Source: Balanoglossus misakiensis (taxonomy: Eukaryota > Animalia > Hemichordata). Taken from it: 64,000 bases of DNA. A program made the translations under genes and the position numbers. Below, piece after piece: positions 1-12,992 of the stretch. The DNA lies in assembly GCA_040954595.2 (NCBI GenBank), contig CM082580.2, forward strand, positions 13,876,242-13,940,241, written 5' to 3'. The notes under the pieces were generated by a model. The model saw nothing but the letters and a program-made list of their open reading frames with translations, did not search any database and was not told the DNA's origin. Position 1 is the stretch's first letter; each line of letters starts with the position of its first letter.

Positions 1-91
1 TTACTTTGCATCATAACTATATGTTGGCTGTTTTTCGCTATTTTCTCCCACGTTTTATCATTCACTTATAACAATTGTTCATTCCTTTAAG

Positions 92-2477
92 GTTATTTTA
101 ACGAGGCGAGCGGTTATGTGTAGCTATCTGAGAGGCTGGTTCATTCTCGACTTATTGTCATCTTTCCCGTTCGACTATCTGTACATTGGGTTCAGAGGTG
201 ACAGTGATTACAACCAAACAGCCCTGACTCTGCGAACTCTAAGATTGGCAAAAGTCATCAGCTTGCTGCGACTTCTTCGATTGTCTCGGTTGCTAAGATA
301 CGTACACCGCCTTGAAGAGGTAAGACGTCTTTGCAGAGATGACCAATTTTAGGGGAGAAACCGTAAAAGCTGACAAACGAGTGTTGTTGATTGGCTTTGC
401 TTCACTCTCCCTCTCTATCTTCACTCTCTCCCCATGCAGGTGTTGCAAGTCGAAAGCGCCGTCATTCGCATCCTCAATCTAGTCCTTGTAATCCTGATGT
501 TGACTCACTGGAATGGATGTATACAGTTCCTCATCCCGTTTCTGATGGAATTCCCTGCCGACTCGTGGATTGTGAGGGACAGTCTCGTTGTGAGTGCACC
601 CGACATATTTTATCACCATTTTGTTGAGAAGAAAAAGATCACCTGACAGGCAAACCATGCGAGAAAAAAAAATCCAGAGATTTCCATTTTTGCTCTACTC
701 GACAGAACGCCACAAAGTGGGAGCAGTATTCTTGGTGTTTCTTCAAAGCCATCTCACAGACCCTGAGCATCGGCTTCGGCAAGTACCCACCGGACAACAT
801 TGCTGAGATGTGGGCCACGACGATCAGCATGATGGTCGGAGCGACTTTCTACGCGCTCTTCATCGGTCACATGTCAACGCTACTTCTCTCCATAGACGCG
901 TCGGGTCGACTCTACAACGAAAGGGTGATTATTCTATTTTAGACACTCACGTATATGATTTTTTTCGAGATAGACGTTTTTTGAATAACATGTATTTTAC
1001 AGTGATAAAACGCGAGTAGCCACACTGTATTCTAAATATTTTGACTTTGCAGATCAACCAAGTCAAGGAATACATGAGATATCGTAAACTTCCCATAGAA
1101 ACCCAGAGACGAATTCTTGTTTACTACGAAAATCGTTATCAGCGCCATTACTTTGATGAAGATTCTATTCTGGAAGAACAGAATCATCCGCTCAGGAAGG
1201 TAGCTATAAATTGGATTATGTTTCATTCGGGAAAATCATCGTCCTTGATGTTTCTCCACCACAGACCATACAGAAATGTGTCGTCTTTGTCACTTATATT
1301 TATGCTTACAATAGTTTTACTTTCAGAGGTGACCATTCAAACAATCATTCTATCTTGTTTCGTCTGTCATTTTGAAGGAAATCATACAAATGAACTGCAA
1401 GCAGCTCGTCGGAAAAGTGGAGTTTTTGAGTCAGGCGCCGTCGGACTTCACTTATGACGTCACCAGGAAGTTACACTTCGAGGTTTACCTGCCAGAAGAC
1501 TACATCATCAGAACAGGTGGTCGTGGCGATAGAATGTACTTCATTGAACACGGAATGGTTGACGTCATCGTCGACGGTGAAGTGGTGACCCAGCTGATGG
1601 ACGGTGACCACTTTGGAGGTAATATCATCTTTTTTTCAAAGCCGTGTTTCTCACAAAAGACCACGTGGAAATCCTTTACGAATTATACTTTCAGAAAGTT
1701 GCTGTAACTTAGTAACTCTCATTTATATGTGACTTTATTTCTCTCTCTCAGAAATTGCAATGTTATCTGATGCCAGACGTGTAGCTTCGGTGGTCGCTAT
1801 AGCAACAAGCTATGTTTATTACCTGAAGCGTAATGATTTCAAAAGTGGTAAGTTTGTCATTTCTCCCCTAACTTTTATGATAACCTGTATGTACCGGTGA
1901 TAGTAGCACCAGTTCTGTGTGACATGAACTACAATGTATTGACAAAGGAATATTCAATATTCACAGTGTTGGTAGACTATCCTGAGATGCGCACGAAGAT
2001 AGAAGCCGTTGCCAAAGAACGTCTTAAGAAAATCGGCAAACTGGCGAAGACTCCCGAAGAGGAAGATAAGTAAGTTGTCTGAAGTTGTCAGTTTTGATTA
2101 GGGACATCATATAGCCACCAGCATGAAGTGTTTATAACAAATTCTTTATAGCTGTAGTGATGGTCTGTCCACACATGGACCCACTCTGTCATTGAGTACT
2201 GAAGATGTTGCCACACGGTAACATCGCCCAAATTTCCTTCAACAGTGATGCAGATGACAATGCAAGTACAAGAAGCGTCTGTGGATCCATCGGTCCTCAA
2301 AGCCAGCGAATCGGGGAAATGAGCTGCTCGGTTGGCGAGAATGGAGAGGACATCGAATCGGTCAACGAAACAAGAGACGGTCAGTGCTTGCCACCCATCA
2401 TTATTAGAGGTCCCGGACAACCATCACAGGTGGACCCTGACCCTGTCATTGAAGTCACCCCTCCAGTAGACAATTGA
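92..2477 (+). CDS. HCN-type hyperpolarization-activated cyclic-nucleotide-gated channel (5' truncated by window edge)
   Basis: Exons approx. 92-319, 440-589, 706-924, 1053-1199, 1378-1618, 1752-1847, 1967-2069, 2246-2477, all GT-AG and in frame. Motifs: S4 LRTLRLAKVISLLRLLRLSRLLRY, S5 HWNGCIQFL, pore FKAISQTLSIGFGKYPP, C-linker QVKEYMRYRKLP, CNBD FGEIAMLSDARRVASV. The last exon is the least certain. Confidence 0.88.
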
Positions 2478-3207
2478 AATGCAAGACACCCCTTCTCGTC
2501 ACCATTGACAGAACTGACACAATGACATTCCTGTATTGATCTCGTCAGTCAGGATACTGTCCATAATGTGTGTCATCAGATTTTTAACAGCATAAGCCCG
2601 TAGTATATACAGAGTCTAGGCCTGACTATAGAATCTGAGAAGTGTGATACAAATTTTATGACAGAAAGCAGCGTACACGTGCACTGTACTCACTCACTCA
2701 CACATGCATACTTGTATTATATGCAGAATAAAACAAGACAAACATTTCGATAAATTCATTTTGTGCTCTTTTAATTCAATTGCAAAATTGAACAATGAAC
2801 ACATACACAGAAGTCTACCTGTCAATAAAAAGACACGCTTTGAATTCATCTATCTGATCACACTGGTGAATAAGCAGGGTTCTTCATGATGTACAAAGAC
2901 CAGGGTGCTTAATATGCTAAGTTATGTAGTCAACATGGCAAACAAATGCCCTGGAAATACTAGGCTGATAATATTTCACTGCCATTTCACACAAACATCC
3001 CAAATTACGAATGATAAACTTGACCAAAAACAAAATACACTACAAAAAGCCAAAATCTTGCTCCCATAATTTGGTTGGGCTGTCACCTGGAGAGAGGATT
3101 CTCGACCAGCAAGGAACACAGAAGTCTGCTCATGCTCTTACTTCATATGCAGATATCACTTGCAGTAAAAATTCTACTTATTTACATTATTTAAGTTTTG
3201 TTGCGGT

Positions 3208-6200
3208 CTATTTTTGCTTGTCTTTGTTTTCTTGTGCTGACACTGCTTGCACGCACTTGGCCATGGTCTGTGAGGCTCGGCTGATGGTGTCCGTCATGTA
3301 GAAATCTTTCAGGTGTAGTTGTTTGGGTACCAGGGGCGAATTTGACATTTTCGGCTTGATATTCTGTTGAAAGAAAAAAGTGGGAGAAACCATTTGTTAT
3401 TATGTGCAAATTTGTTAAGTTCTGTTTCTGCACCACTACACGATTTCTAATTCTGCTTTCCCCAACTCTTGGCTTCAGAATGCATTCATTTTTGGCTGTA
3501 AGGAATAAGAATTCCATCATTCAACCCGGAATTTTTCCCATTACTATTATTCGTATCACTGCCATTTCTTACCTTGGCTAAATCATTAGCTTGTTTGAAA
3601 TAATTGGCTTCTTCCACATCACCATATCTGGTCAGATTTGGAGAGACTTCAGTCAGCCGTCTCCTGACTTCATGCAGTTCGTCGTAGGGCAATGTCTGAC
3701 CCAGCACTTCCGACAGGGCACGGATGATCTTCCAGTCTTCCCGGGCAAATCCTGGTGGAGACACTGCAAGTCTGGGCGAGAAATAAGACAGGGAGTAGAA
3801 TTTTAAAATTTGTCTCACATTTCCATCATCCTCTGCTAATTCAAAATTTTATATCAGATCTGAGTGCTTACTTTGTCTGCTGTGCTCTTCCCTCTGTGTT
3901 GACATAAGTGCCTGTCTTCTCTGTGTAGGCTGCACCGGGCAACACGGCATCTGCCATTGATGCACCCACATCGCCATGGTGACCTAGGTAAATCACAAAG
4001 CAGTCCTTAGGGAGATCTTCTCTGGTGATGGTTCCCTCATCAGCTCCAAGTAAGAAGAGAACCTTGGGTGGCTTGTTGCGGATGGCGTCAACCCCGGTTT
4101 TGTATCCCAAGTCAAGAGCTGCAACCTGACTGGCAACCTATGTGTTGGAAAACATTGTTACTTTGTGATCTCTGCATGTAATACAACACATTGTACAAGA
4201 ACTTGATGGGCATAATTATGTACATATTAACAGTACAACGTCCTTGAGCAAGTTTGAATGAACTTGACTACCTCATAACAAGCTGAGCAACTCACCCTAT
4301 GGAGTACATTAAGCACTCTCCATCCATCACCAACCTGGCTGGTCGACCTGGCAGACTGTGCGATGGACGTCACTGCACTCAAGATTGCCTGACCATCGGC
4401 TCTCTGAAGCATACCACTGCTGACCACCACCATTGGGCGTTTAGCAGCCACCAGCTTCTTAGCAAAGGGGTGTTTGCCAGTGGCTATATCACTGAGAATG
4501 TTGGTGGAATCACCCAGATGCTGATAAGGTGAATATGAAAATATATTAGTTGGTTTAGCCTGGCTAAGGCAGGAGACAAGGCAAACAAGCAAAACACCAC
4601 AACGAGGAATTTTCATGACTTCTGTCTTACCTCATAGGTGTAGGTCAAGTCGACAGGCGCGCCAACCATGGCTACCTCCAATTCATTGTGAACCCAGCTC
4701 TTTCTGAGGCGTGCATTGAACAGCGGTGCTTCATATCTTGGGTTGGTGCCCACAAGTAATACCAAGTCTGCTTCTTCTACACCGGCTATGCTGGTGTTCA
4801 GTAGATAGTTGGATCGCAGGTCAGTTCTGTAAAAGTCAGGAAATATGTAGACCTTTAAACTTCACGTTGAGGGAAGCTGATCCATGAGAATGTGGGACAA
4901 TACACAGTCTGTCCTTCTGTTTGAATACCACAGTGTAGCAGTTGTACTTATCTTTTCCAACAAAGGTTACATGATCAGAACTTAACACATAGTACACCTA
5001 AACATGGAGACAACAGAACTGCACAGCATGATACTTACCCAGCACCATCCATTGGAAAGATCTCTTCTGTACACAGAGCTTCACTGTCCATTTTGTTGAG
5101 CAGATCTTTCAGGGATACAAGAGCCTGTCAAGACAGAGGAAGAAGACAGTTACACAAATGACAGTAGTGTGTACCAACTTTATAGAACTATCATTAAACA
5201 CAAAATAGGAACTAGAAGTGGGAGTTAGAGAAGAATATCCACTGCACCTCTGCATCAACCAATCCACCAGCAATGGCAGCGACCTCATCCCCATTGACCT
5301 GAGACATCACATTGGCCACCACAACAAGAGCATCCTCCCAGGAACAAGGTGTTAGTGCGCCCTCATTGTTCTTGACCAGCGGGGTTGTTAGTCTCTGGCG
5401 TTTCAGACCATCATACGCAAATCTGGTCTTGTCAGAGATCCATTCTTCGTTGATATCCTGGGTATTGTATAAAGGAACAGAATGTAAGCCTGCATCACTG
5501 ACACCAGAACATGATCTGATATAGTCTCAATAAGTAATTTTGAAGGGAAACCTACCTCATGTAGTCTAGGCAGAATTCTCATGACTTCTCCAGTTCTGGT
5601 GCTGACAACGATATTACTTCCAACTGCATCTAATACATCAACAGATTCTGTTTTTCTGGTTTCCCAGGGCCTTGATGTGAAGGCGTATGGCTTGGAGGTT
5701 AGAGCACCTACTGGGCATAAATCTACGGACAGGACAGTAAAATCATACTTGTTAACTCTATCCACTGCAGTTTCTCCACTACTGTTTGAGAAGACAAGGT
5801 AACTGCCTCAGGAAAAAGCAAGTGAACTAGTTACTAGCTAGAGAGTTTCTATATAGTGCAAAATAACCAGATGTCTACTCACCAATGACATTACCAGACA
5901 ATTCAGACATGAACATCCTTTCCACGTAAGTACCGATCTGTGAAAGAGAAAAATGTCAAATGTACACCAAACTTTGATTAATGCAGAACAAACACAGTTC
6001 TGTAAAGTACAACAATGTATTTGTCCCACTGTTGCCTGCTTTTCTCATAGTGCCATCTACATACACAGCTGACTCCAATACCTGAATGTCACCACCCCTT
6101 CCAGTGCTTCCAAGATCTTCTACACCAGCAATCTGACTGCCAAACCTGAAACACAAGTATACAGCCATTATTCACTAAGAGTGGCACTAATATGACAACA

Positions 6201-7267
6201 GCTGTGGCAAAGCAACAGGAGCTTGCTACACACAAGGCCTAGCTCTGCTTACTAATTGAATCACACACTACATTGACAGAATAAGCTGTAACCAGTCTTA
6301 CCTGACACATCTTGTACAATGAATACACCTTGTCATAATAGTCTTCACCAATGGTCCTATGTTTTTATCTTCTACGGCTCTCTTACCAGTGAATGCATTG
6401 TCAACAAATCTGCTGCGGTCACTGCCAAATGCCATTGACTGGTCCTACAATGAAGATTATAAACAGCTTTGAACAATTATCTATGAGAACGAAAAACACA
6501 ACAAGTATACAGAGTCATGTAATTTTTCAATGAGCTTGACACAGCCAGCCTACAAACCTGTAGATCACACTCTCCACCCTGGTCACAGATTGGACAATCG
6601 AGTGGATGATTGACAAGCAGGAACTCCATCACTCCTTCTCTGGCTCTCTTGGTCATTTCAGAATTGGTTTTGATTCTCCAGCCTTTCATCACTGGCATGG
6701 CACATGCTGCTTGTGGCTGTCATGAAACAAGATTACAGTATTTCACAAAGTTAGAGTTCATCTCGAGAAGTGAAACTGGTTATAACCAGAGTAATTGCAT
6801 AATAAAGGAAAGTATTTCTCTGTTTTACCTTTGGTGATTTCTCCACTTCTACCAGACACATTCTGCAGTTGCCAGCAATAGGAAGGCGGTCGTGATAACA
6901 AAATCTTGGGATTTCCACACCAACCATAGCACATGCCTTTCCAATTAAAAATGCGAAAGAAATAAGTGCTTTATGATCAAGTAGAAATTACCAGTAGAAA
7001 GCAAAAATGTTGGGCGAGGTCAAGTACACACAAAACGGAGATTTTGGACTGTTGCACAATATGGCAATCTGTATAATTCTACTTTCACAGACTTACTTGC
7101 AGGATGGTTGTGCCAGGATCGACCAGCACTGGCTTGTCATCGATGAAAACTTCCAACTTCTCTGGTGCTGGTGGAACTGAGGAGTTACACCTCTGACTGG
7201 TCTGCAGGACGGCCAGTCTGGAGGAAGTGCTCCAGAGTCTGGCAAGTGGTGTACACGCCCTCAACAT
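3208..7267 (-). CDS. NDUFS1: NADH:ubiquinone oxidoreductase 75 kDa Fe-S subunit (complex I), multi-exon
   Basis: Mitochondrial presequence [12 protein letters not shown], then [76 protein letters not shown] and C-terminal [19 protein letters not shown] non-coding first exon probably ends near 7919. Confidence 0.97.
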
Positions 7268-7952
7268 GTTGATAACCTGCAGGGAGTTGGGTAAAGAAGC
7301 GCATACATTTGATTCAAGATGTTTTCTATATTTGCTATGATGTTGTGTTTCAGAAAATACTGTTGGGACGTTTCATTTTTCTGGTATAAAATCATTTAAT
7401 GCAATAGTGATAATTGATATGCTATACAATCATAGGGATCATTTCAGTTAACTATTCACCACTGCAAGATTGCACATTGTAAAACTATAAAACCTGTGGG
7501 GGGATACATACTACTATGTATATGACCTGAGCTGATGAAGGTCACCCATCCAGCAATAGGGTCACACGACTGAAGTGTTGACTCTAATACATATTGGTCA
7601 TTGGCGCATTTGCTAATGTGCAATTATTTCATAGATTCAGATACTGCGTAGTAATACAGTCTGGTCTACCAAAAATATCACTGAACTGCAGACGTGCGTG
7701 CGGGGCATCATCTGCAACGCGACCCCAGACACTGGGCCAACAATCGTCGCGTAGTCTGAACTAAAGTTTAAGTTACAGAAACTGTAATCATGGGTTGATC
7801 CTTCGCTAAAATCTATAAATGCAAATCAAATTCAATACAAGACAGCTTAGGTTAACTACCTGGCCCTTGTTATCAAAACTTATAGCTTAAATGTTAAAAT
7901 AATTATACAATAACATACCTGCCTGGTTTCTTACCAGCGCAGAATATAACTA

Positions 7953-7992
7953 AAGATGGCGACCGCACCGCACAGGATGCTGGGAATTTATA
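7953..7992. promoter_or_regulatory. YY1-like (AAGATGGCG) and ZNF143/Staf-like (GATGCTGGGAATTTATA) motifs at the NDUFS1 5' end
   Basis: Motifs are read directly at 7953-7961 and 7976-7992. They resemble known consensus sites typical of housekeeping and bidirectional promoters. Function is inferred. Confidence 0.45.
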
Positions 7993-8848
7993 TAATATGG
8001 CCTTCGATGTCAGCGTTTGAGGGCGTAGGTAAAGGTTCCGATTTCCTTCACAAAAAGTGTAAAATCATAACTCTTGTGTCATGAATTTGCCTTTCCCACC
8101 AGAACTATAGTTTGTAAGAAATGTCAAACCTAATTTGATTAAAACTGGACTAAGGGATTCGCTCTTTGTCATCGTAGAAAGACCAACACACCTCCATGAT
8201 GCATACTTTTTTATGATGTTGATAGGAGCCTGCGAAATGATGTTCACTGAAAAGTGATTTGCGATGTTGAAAATAATGATTAGACTGGATAAGTCCACAA
8301 ATAATAACATGCGATAACATTAGAGATGTTTAATAAAAGTAATAGAAGCCAACTTAGACGTAGCTTCTTCTTTTTAAATTTTCCCATCTCCCAGGCGAAG
8401 TTTTCCAGAGCACTTCAAAACTTTCAGGGGATAAACGTTCATCTCCAACAACTGTCTACAAGTACATCTACTAAGCAATGCAATGAATCTATTCGCAGCA
8501 ATTTGTCAACAACCCAATTGTCGATTTTTATGCTATTATAACTGTAAATAGCGGTTTTAACCATACATAAGTCTCTGCATATAACTGTCGCGATTATCTG
8601 ATTGAGACCCTTTAAGTTTGTATTCATTTGTCAAAATGGTTACGAAAATTAAAATCGCAAATTGTCATACACGCAGGACTTGATCAAAATAATGAACAGA
8701 TTAAAATAAATAATGTTATTGACAAATCTGAAAGAAAACACAAGATTTCCTCACACATTCAGTCGAAGCATTTAATTTTTTTTCATGTGCTAGGTAGTCA
8801 ACTTTTGTGTGACCTCTTTCCCAGCTTTCCCCTGAAAGACCACGTTGC

Positions 8849-8856
8849 CTCTTTTC
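8849..8856 (+). promoter_or_regulatory. TCT/5'TOP pyrimidine initiator of EF1-beta
   Basis: CTCTTTTC about 30 nt upstream of the ATG at 8885; EEF1B2 is a known TOP mRNA. Confidence 0.5.
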
Positions 8857-8884
8857 AGCCGGCGGAAAAAAACTTCTAAAAAAC

Positions 8885-10595
8885 ATGGGTTTCGGTGATT
8901 TGAAGAGCCCAGCTGGGCTGAAGGCACTCAATGACTTCTTAGCTGATCGTAGCTACATTGAAGGGTAAGTCAATCCCTGAGTAAAGTACTTATATACGTA
9001 AAACTGTAACCGACGTGATACGGTATGGACAGGTCACCGTCAGCTGGCATGGCACTTGTGCGAGTCATGTGACTTGAACCTGGTCTCCTGTAAAATGACT
9101 GTTATGGCATTGTGTTCTACAGGTACACAGTATCTCAGGCTGATGTCGTTGTCTATAAGGCCATGTCTGGCCCACCTTCTGCTGATCTTTACCATGCCTT
9201 GAGATGGTACAACCAAGTCAAATCATATGCAAGCCAGTTTGACAGGTAAGTTTGTGTCTTATTGTGCATGTGTTAGTAGTCGTATACATACAGAGGCACC
9301 TGATACAAGTATGATCAAGATACACTTTTGTAACACTCGATTGGTTTGTTGTCCAGTCTTCCAGGTGTGAAGAAGCCAGTTGCAGAATATGGTCCGGCCA
9401 GCACCCCTGCTGCTGCTGCACCTGCTGGTGGTGACGATGATGATGAATCCGATGACGACGATGATGATATTGACCTTTTTGGATCAGATGAAGTAATGTA
9501 TAATCCTCTTTCATAAAGTTACATTTATGTCCTGACTTCACGACACAGATCAACATTCATGCCTGTGGCCTATAATGAGATAACATGGTCTGTCCGGTTT
9601 AATGTCTGTCCCTAGATATTAATAAATGCCTCGTGTCAACAGTTCTTGTGTCTTGGTATGGGATGTGCATTTTAAAGATATTATAATCTGTTTATTTGTG
9701 TAATTAGGAGGCCGATGCTGCAGCAGAGAAATTGAAAGAAGAACGTCTTAAACAATATCAAGAAAAGAAAGCAAAAAGTAAGTATCCAGGGTACATCTGA
9801 AGCATGTCACTCCTGTCTTTCCTCTTGTATGGGTTCAACTGTACCGTGTACATGTTGTGGTGACAAGCGAAACCAACAGAAACTTAAGTTTTGTAGTCTC
9901 TTTCATATAGAGATGATTTGCATATAATACTTGGCTTAAAAATATGATGATCAACATGGTAGTTTGTATGATGATCGAATTATTATTATTATATCACCAG
10001 AACCAGGAGTTATTGCAAAGTCTATGATTATTTTGGATGTAAAACCTTGGGATGATGAAACGGATATGAAAGACATTGAAGACAAAGTCAGAGCAGTGGA
10101 AAAAGATGGTCTTGTATGGGGAGCATGTAAGTATTATGGATTTGTGCAAAGTCTCCAATGAAACAACTGATGACACAAACATTGAAGAACTGCATCATGG
10201 TGACCTTTGACCTGCAATAGGTAGATTGTATCTTCTGATTCAGGAACAGGAGGCAAATGGTCATTAAAAATTGTGTAATATTTCTTCCAGCTAAACTGGT
10301 GCCAGTTGGTTATGGAATTAAAAAACTTCAGATAAGCTGTGTTGTTGAAGATGACAAAGTGAGTACTTCTTCAAGCTTTGAATCAATTTCTTACTTGGAT
10401 TTGCAGCTGCAAAATGATTTGTTATGCGTAAAGGGGTTTGAGGAGAGACTCTTCATGATATATGGGATTGTTTCATTGTAAATAAAACTTTGTTTTCTTA
10501 AATCTCAGATTGGTACTGACTTCTTGGAAGAGGCCATCACAGTTTATGAAGATCTGGTGCAGTCTGTTGATATCGCAGCATTTAACAAACTCTAA
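8885..10595 (+). CDS. EEF1B2: Elongation factor 1-beta, multi-exon
   Basis: [27 protein letters not shown], acidic [53 protein letters not shown], and C-terminal [12 protein letters not shown] with stop at 10593-10595. Confidence 0.97.
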
Positions 10596-10778
10596 GGGAC
10601 TGTGTCATGTGACAGTCATGTGATAACCACACAGCGTGTATAGAATCTTGTATTCTCTGTATTCAGAAAGAGCATTTAACAACAACACCATCCTGTTGTG
10701 GAACTTTGAAATTATCACTGGAGTTCAGTTCAACGTGATGCCAATAAAGGTGCTGAAGTTGAAACTTGTGTTGTCCTC

Positions 10779-10796
10779 TGTGTGTGTGTGTGTGTG
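10779..10796. repeat. (TG)9 microsatellite
   Basis: Read directly. Confidence 0.9.
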
Positions 10797-11029
10797 TTGA
10801 TCCCTTTCCTTGAGCACATCTGCAGGAGAAATGCAAATGATTGACTGCTGTGCCTCAGGTGCCAGCCCTTCCATGACATCTTTCCAGAAATGTGCAATAA
10901 AATATGGCCCATAAATAGATGATTTTCCGATCTCATAAGACTTTAATTACCATAGCAACAGCAACATACTGGTAGTCAAGCTTTGCCTGAAACTAGAATA
11001 GGTGCAAAGTTTAACAAATTACAATCAAG

Positions 11030-11038
11030 ATTGCATCA
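11030..11038. promoter_or_regulatory. C/EBP-ATF composite element (AARE/CARE) ATTGCATCA upstream of NUPR1
   Basis: Exact reverse complement of TGATGCAAT, about 510 bp upstream of the NUPR1 ATG. Confidence 0.45.
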
Positions 11039-11545
11039 GTCTAGCCAGGCATTGCGCACTGCGTTTGATATCCATGGCCAATCTTTACGCCCATCACTTT
11101 CCGAGATGAGCACCCCCTGGACTCTAGCCTTCGACCCAAGGTAACACAACCAGTCGCGCGATGCGATAAGGCCAGAGAAATGAAAATCTATGTTTACGCC
11201 CATTATATTGTATGTTTTGGGAGATAATCTCATATATTCCTGTAAAATGAAAATCAAATACGACAAAGAACATTTATTACAAAATGATTTGTAGAAGACC
11301 CCGAAGTAGAAAACTGAGTGTTGAATTTGATTTATATATTAATCCTATATATTATCCTTCAAAATTTCGAGTGTACGTTAAACATAAATTTGATTACCAT
11401 GGCCCGAACTGCGGAGGAATCGTGACCATGTGACTGCATGCATCACCCATTGATTGCTGTAAACATCGTTGCAAACAGACGGACGATATATTTCTGATCA
11501 TACAGGTGAAATAATTTCCATATTTTGCACCAAGGAAACTGCAAA

Positions 11546-11761
11546 ATGGCAGAAGCGGAGGCCGAATTATTCGACCAGTATGATGAGTACAATTTTGATA
11601 AGGTGCACAGCGGATCCAGTGGAAAAGGAAGGACGAAAAAAGAGGTGGTTGAAAACAAACGCGCGGATCCCAACTCAGATGTGAGAAAGACTGTCACCCA
11701 AATCCAAAACACGGAACAGAAGCAGAAAGAGAAGGAGCTCAAGAAGCAAGCCAAAAGTTAA
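11546..11761 (+). CDS. NUPR1: Nuclear protein 1 / p8 stress protein
   Basis: 71 aa with FDQYDEYNF, SGKGRTKKE and RKTVTQIQNTEQK, matching the p8 family pattern. A splice donor follows just after the stop; the 3'UTR exon runs from about 12279 with AATAAA near 12640. Confidence 0.8.
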   Translation: MAEAEAELFDQYDEYNFDKVHSGSSGKGRTKKEVVENKRADPNSDVRKTVTQIQNTEQKQKEKELKKQAKS

Positions 11762-12992
11762 CGTAAGTACGACGAGTAAATCGACTACCCTCCCGATCGT
11801 ATTTATGTGTCGAACGATATTACATGAAATGCCATATGGCCGTCGTTGTGTGAACTCGAATGAACCAAGAATCGTATGGGGCCTACGTGGCATGTCCTTA
11901 GCCTGTGTGAAATATACATATATCCGCGGCCGCGGTCAAAGTACCACCGACGTCATCAACTGTGAAACAAATTACGCAATGAGACGAAGTTGCTGTCGAT
12001 TGTATCATCTGGGATAACACTATAGATATTTTGTTGACACTATTGTCTACATAAATCGAATACTAGGTCAGGTAATTATAATAATGTGTTTGCGTCATGC
12101 CGTGGCCTTATCCGGTCAACTACAAGCATGGCGAATGGCAATAAACTCTCCCAGTTCGATAGTTTCGTAGTAGGTAACTCTACTAGAAAAAAGTAGAATA
12201 AAGAGGTTAATGAGGTGTTGATTGAATCGTTTATTTATTGTCCTGGTTGATGTGTTTGTTTATTGTCCAATTTCCAGGTTCTTTGCTGACATTGGATCCA
12301 CAATTAATGAGAGATTGACAGTGGATTATCATTCCAGAAGAATTACATAAAAATGAACTTCAACGTTTCTGGAGACTGGATTATTGAATGACTGGTTTTG
12401 ATGACAACCTGAACCTGTTTGGTGATGTTGTGTTCCAGACGACTTGGACTATGATTTGTCTCTGACAAAATATATTTGGATTCCAGTGTCGAGTGTGGTT
12501 GCCCAGCATTTCGGGTTGAACCATGACAGCAACTGGAAATTGTTTTCAAGAATTCTAAGACTGCTTTAATTTTTTGTTGGATAAAATCGAAATTTTCTTG
12601 TTCTTCTTGACATATTGGATAACCTTTTCTTCCGAGAAATAAATAAATGCTTGGCATATAAAACAATTTAATTATCTGTCAACAATATTGGAGTCTGTGT
12701 CGCCCAATCCCCAATGCAATGATCCACGCACTCTGTGATGCGTGGCGTGCGTGCGTGACCTACTTATAACCTTGGCCGGCTGTTCGCCCACCAATCATCA
12801 GCAATTTACTCCCACGGTGACAACGCTATTCAAGCAAACCAAATACGATGCACTTTGTCAGCAGCAAGCAGGTAAGAACATGTATATGTATTGTAGATGA
12901 ATCTGTGTCAGCCGTGACAGTCTCTCAGCCACGGTCACGTCTGCTTTAGCGCCCACTTTCGGGCTATCAACAGGTCTTTTGGCAAATCCGAA

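Noticed and set aside
8065-8879. Short ORFs between NDUFS1 and EF1-beta
   Set aside because: No recognisable domain or consistent exon structure; possibly decayed repeat sequence.
10160-10240. Box C/D snoRNA in an EF1-beta intron (CTGATGA ... CTGA)
   Set aside because: Vertebrate EEF1B2 hosts snoRNAs, but I see no terminal stem or recognisable rRNA antisense element here. An Infernal/snoscan search would be needed.
12343-12666. 107-aa minus-strand ORF
   Set aside because: Antisense to the NUPR1 3'UTR exon, with no motif.
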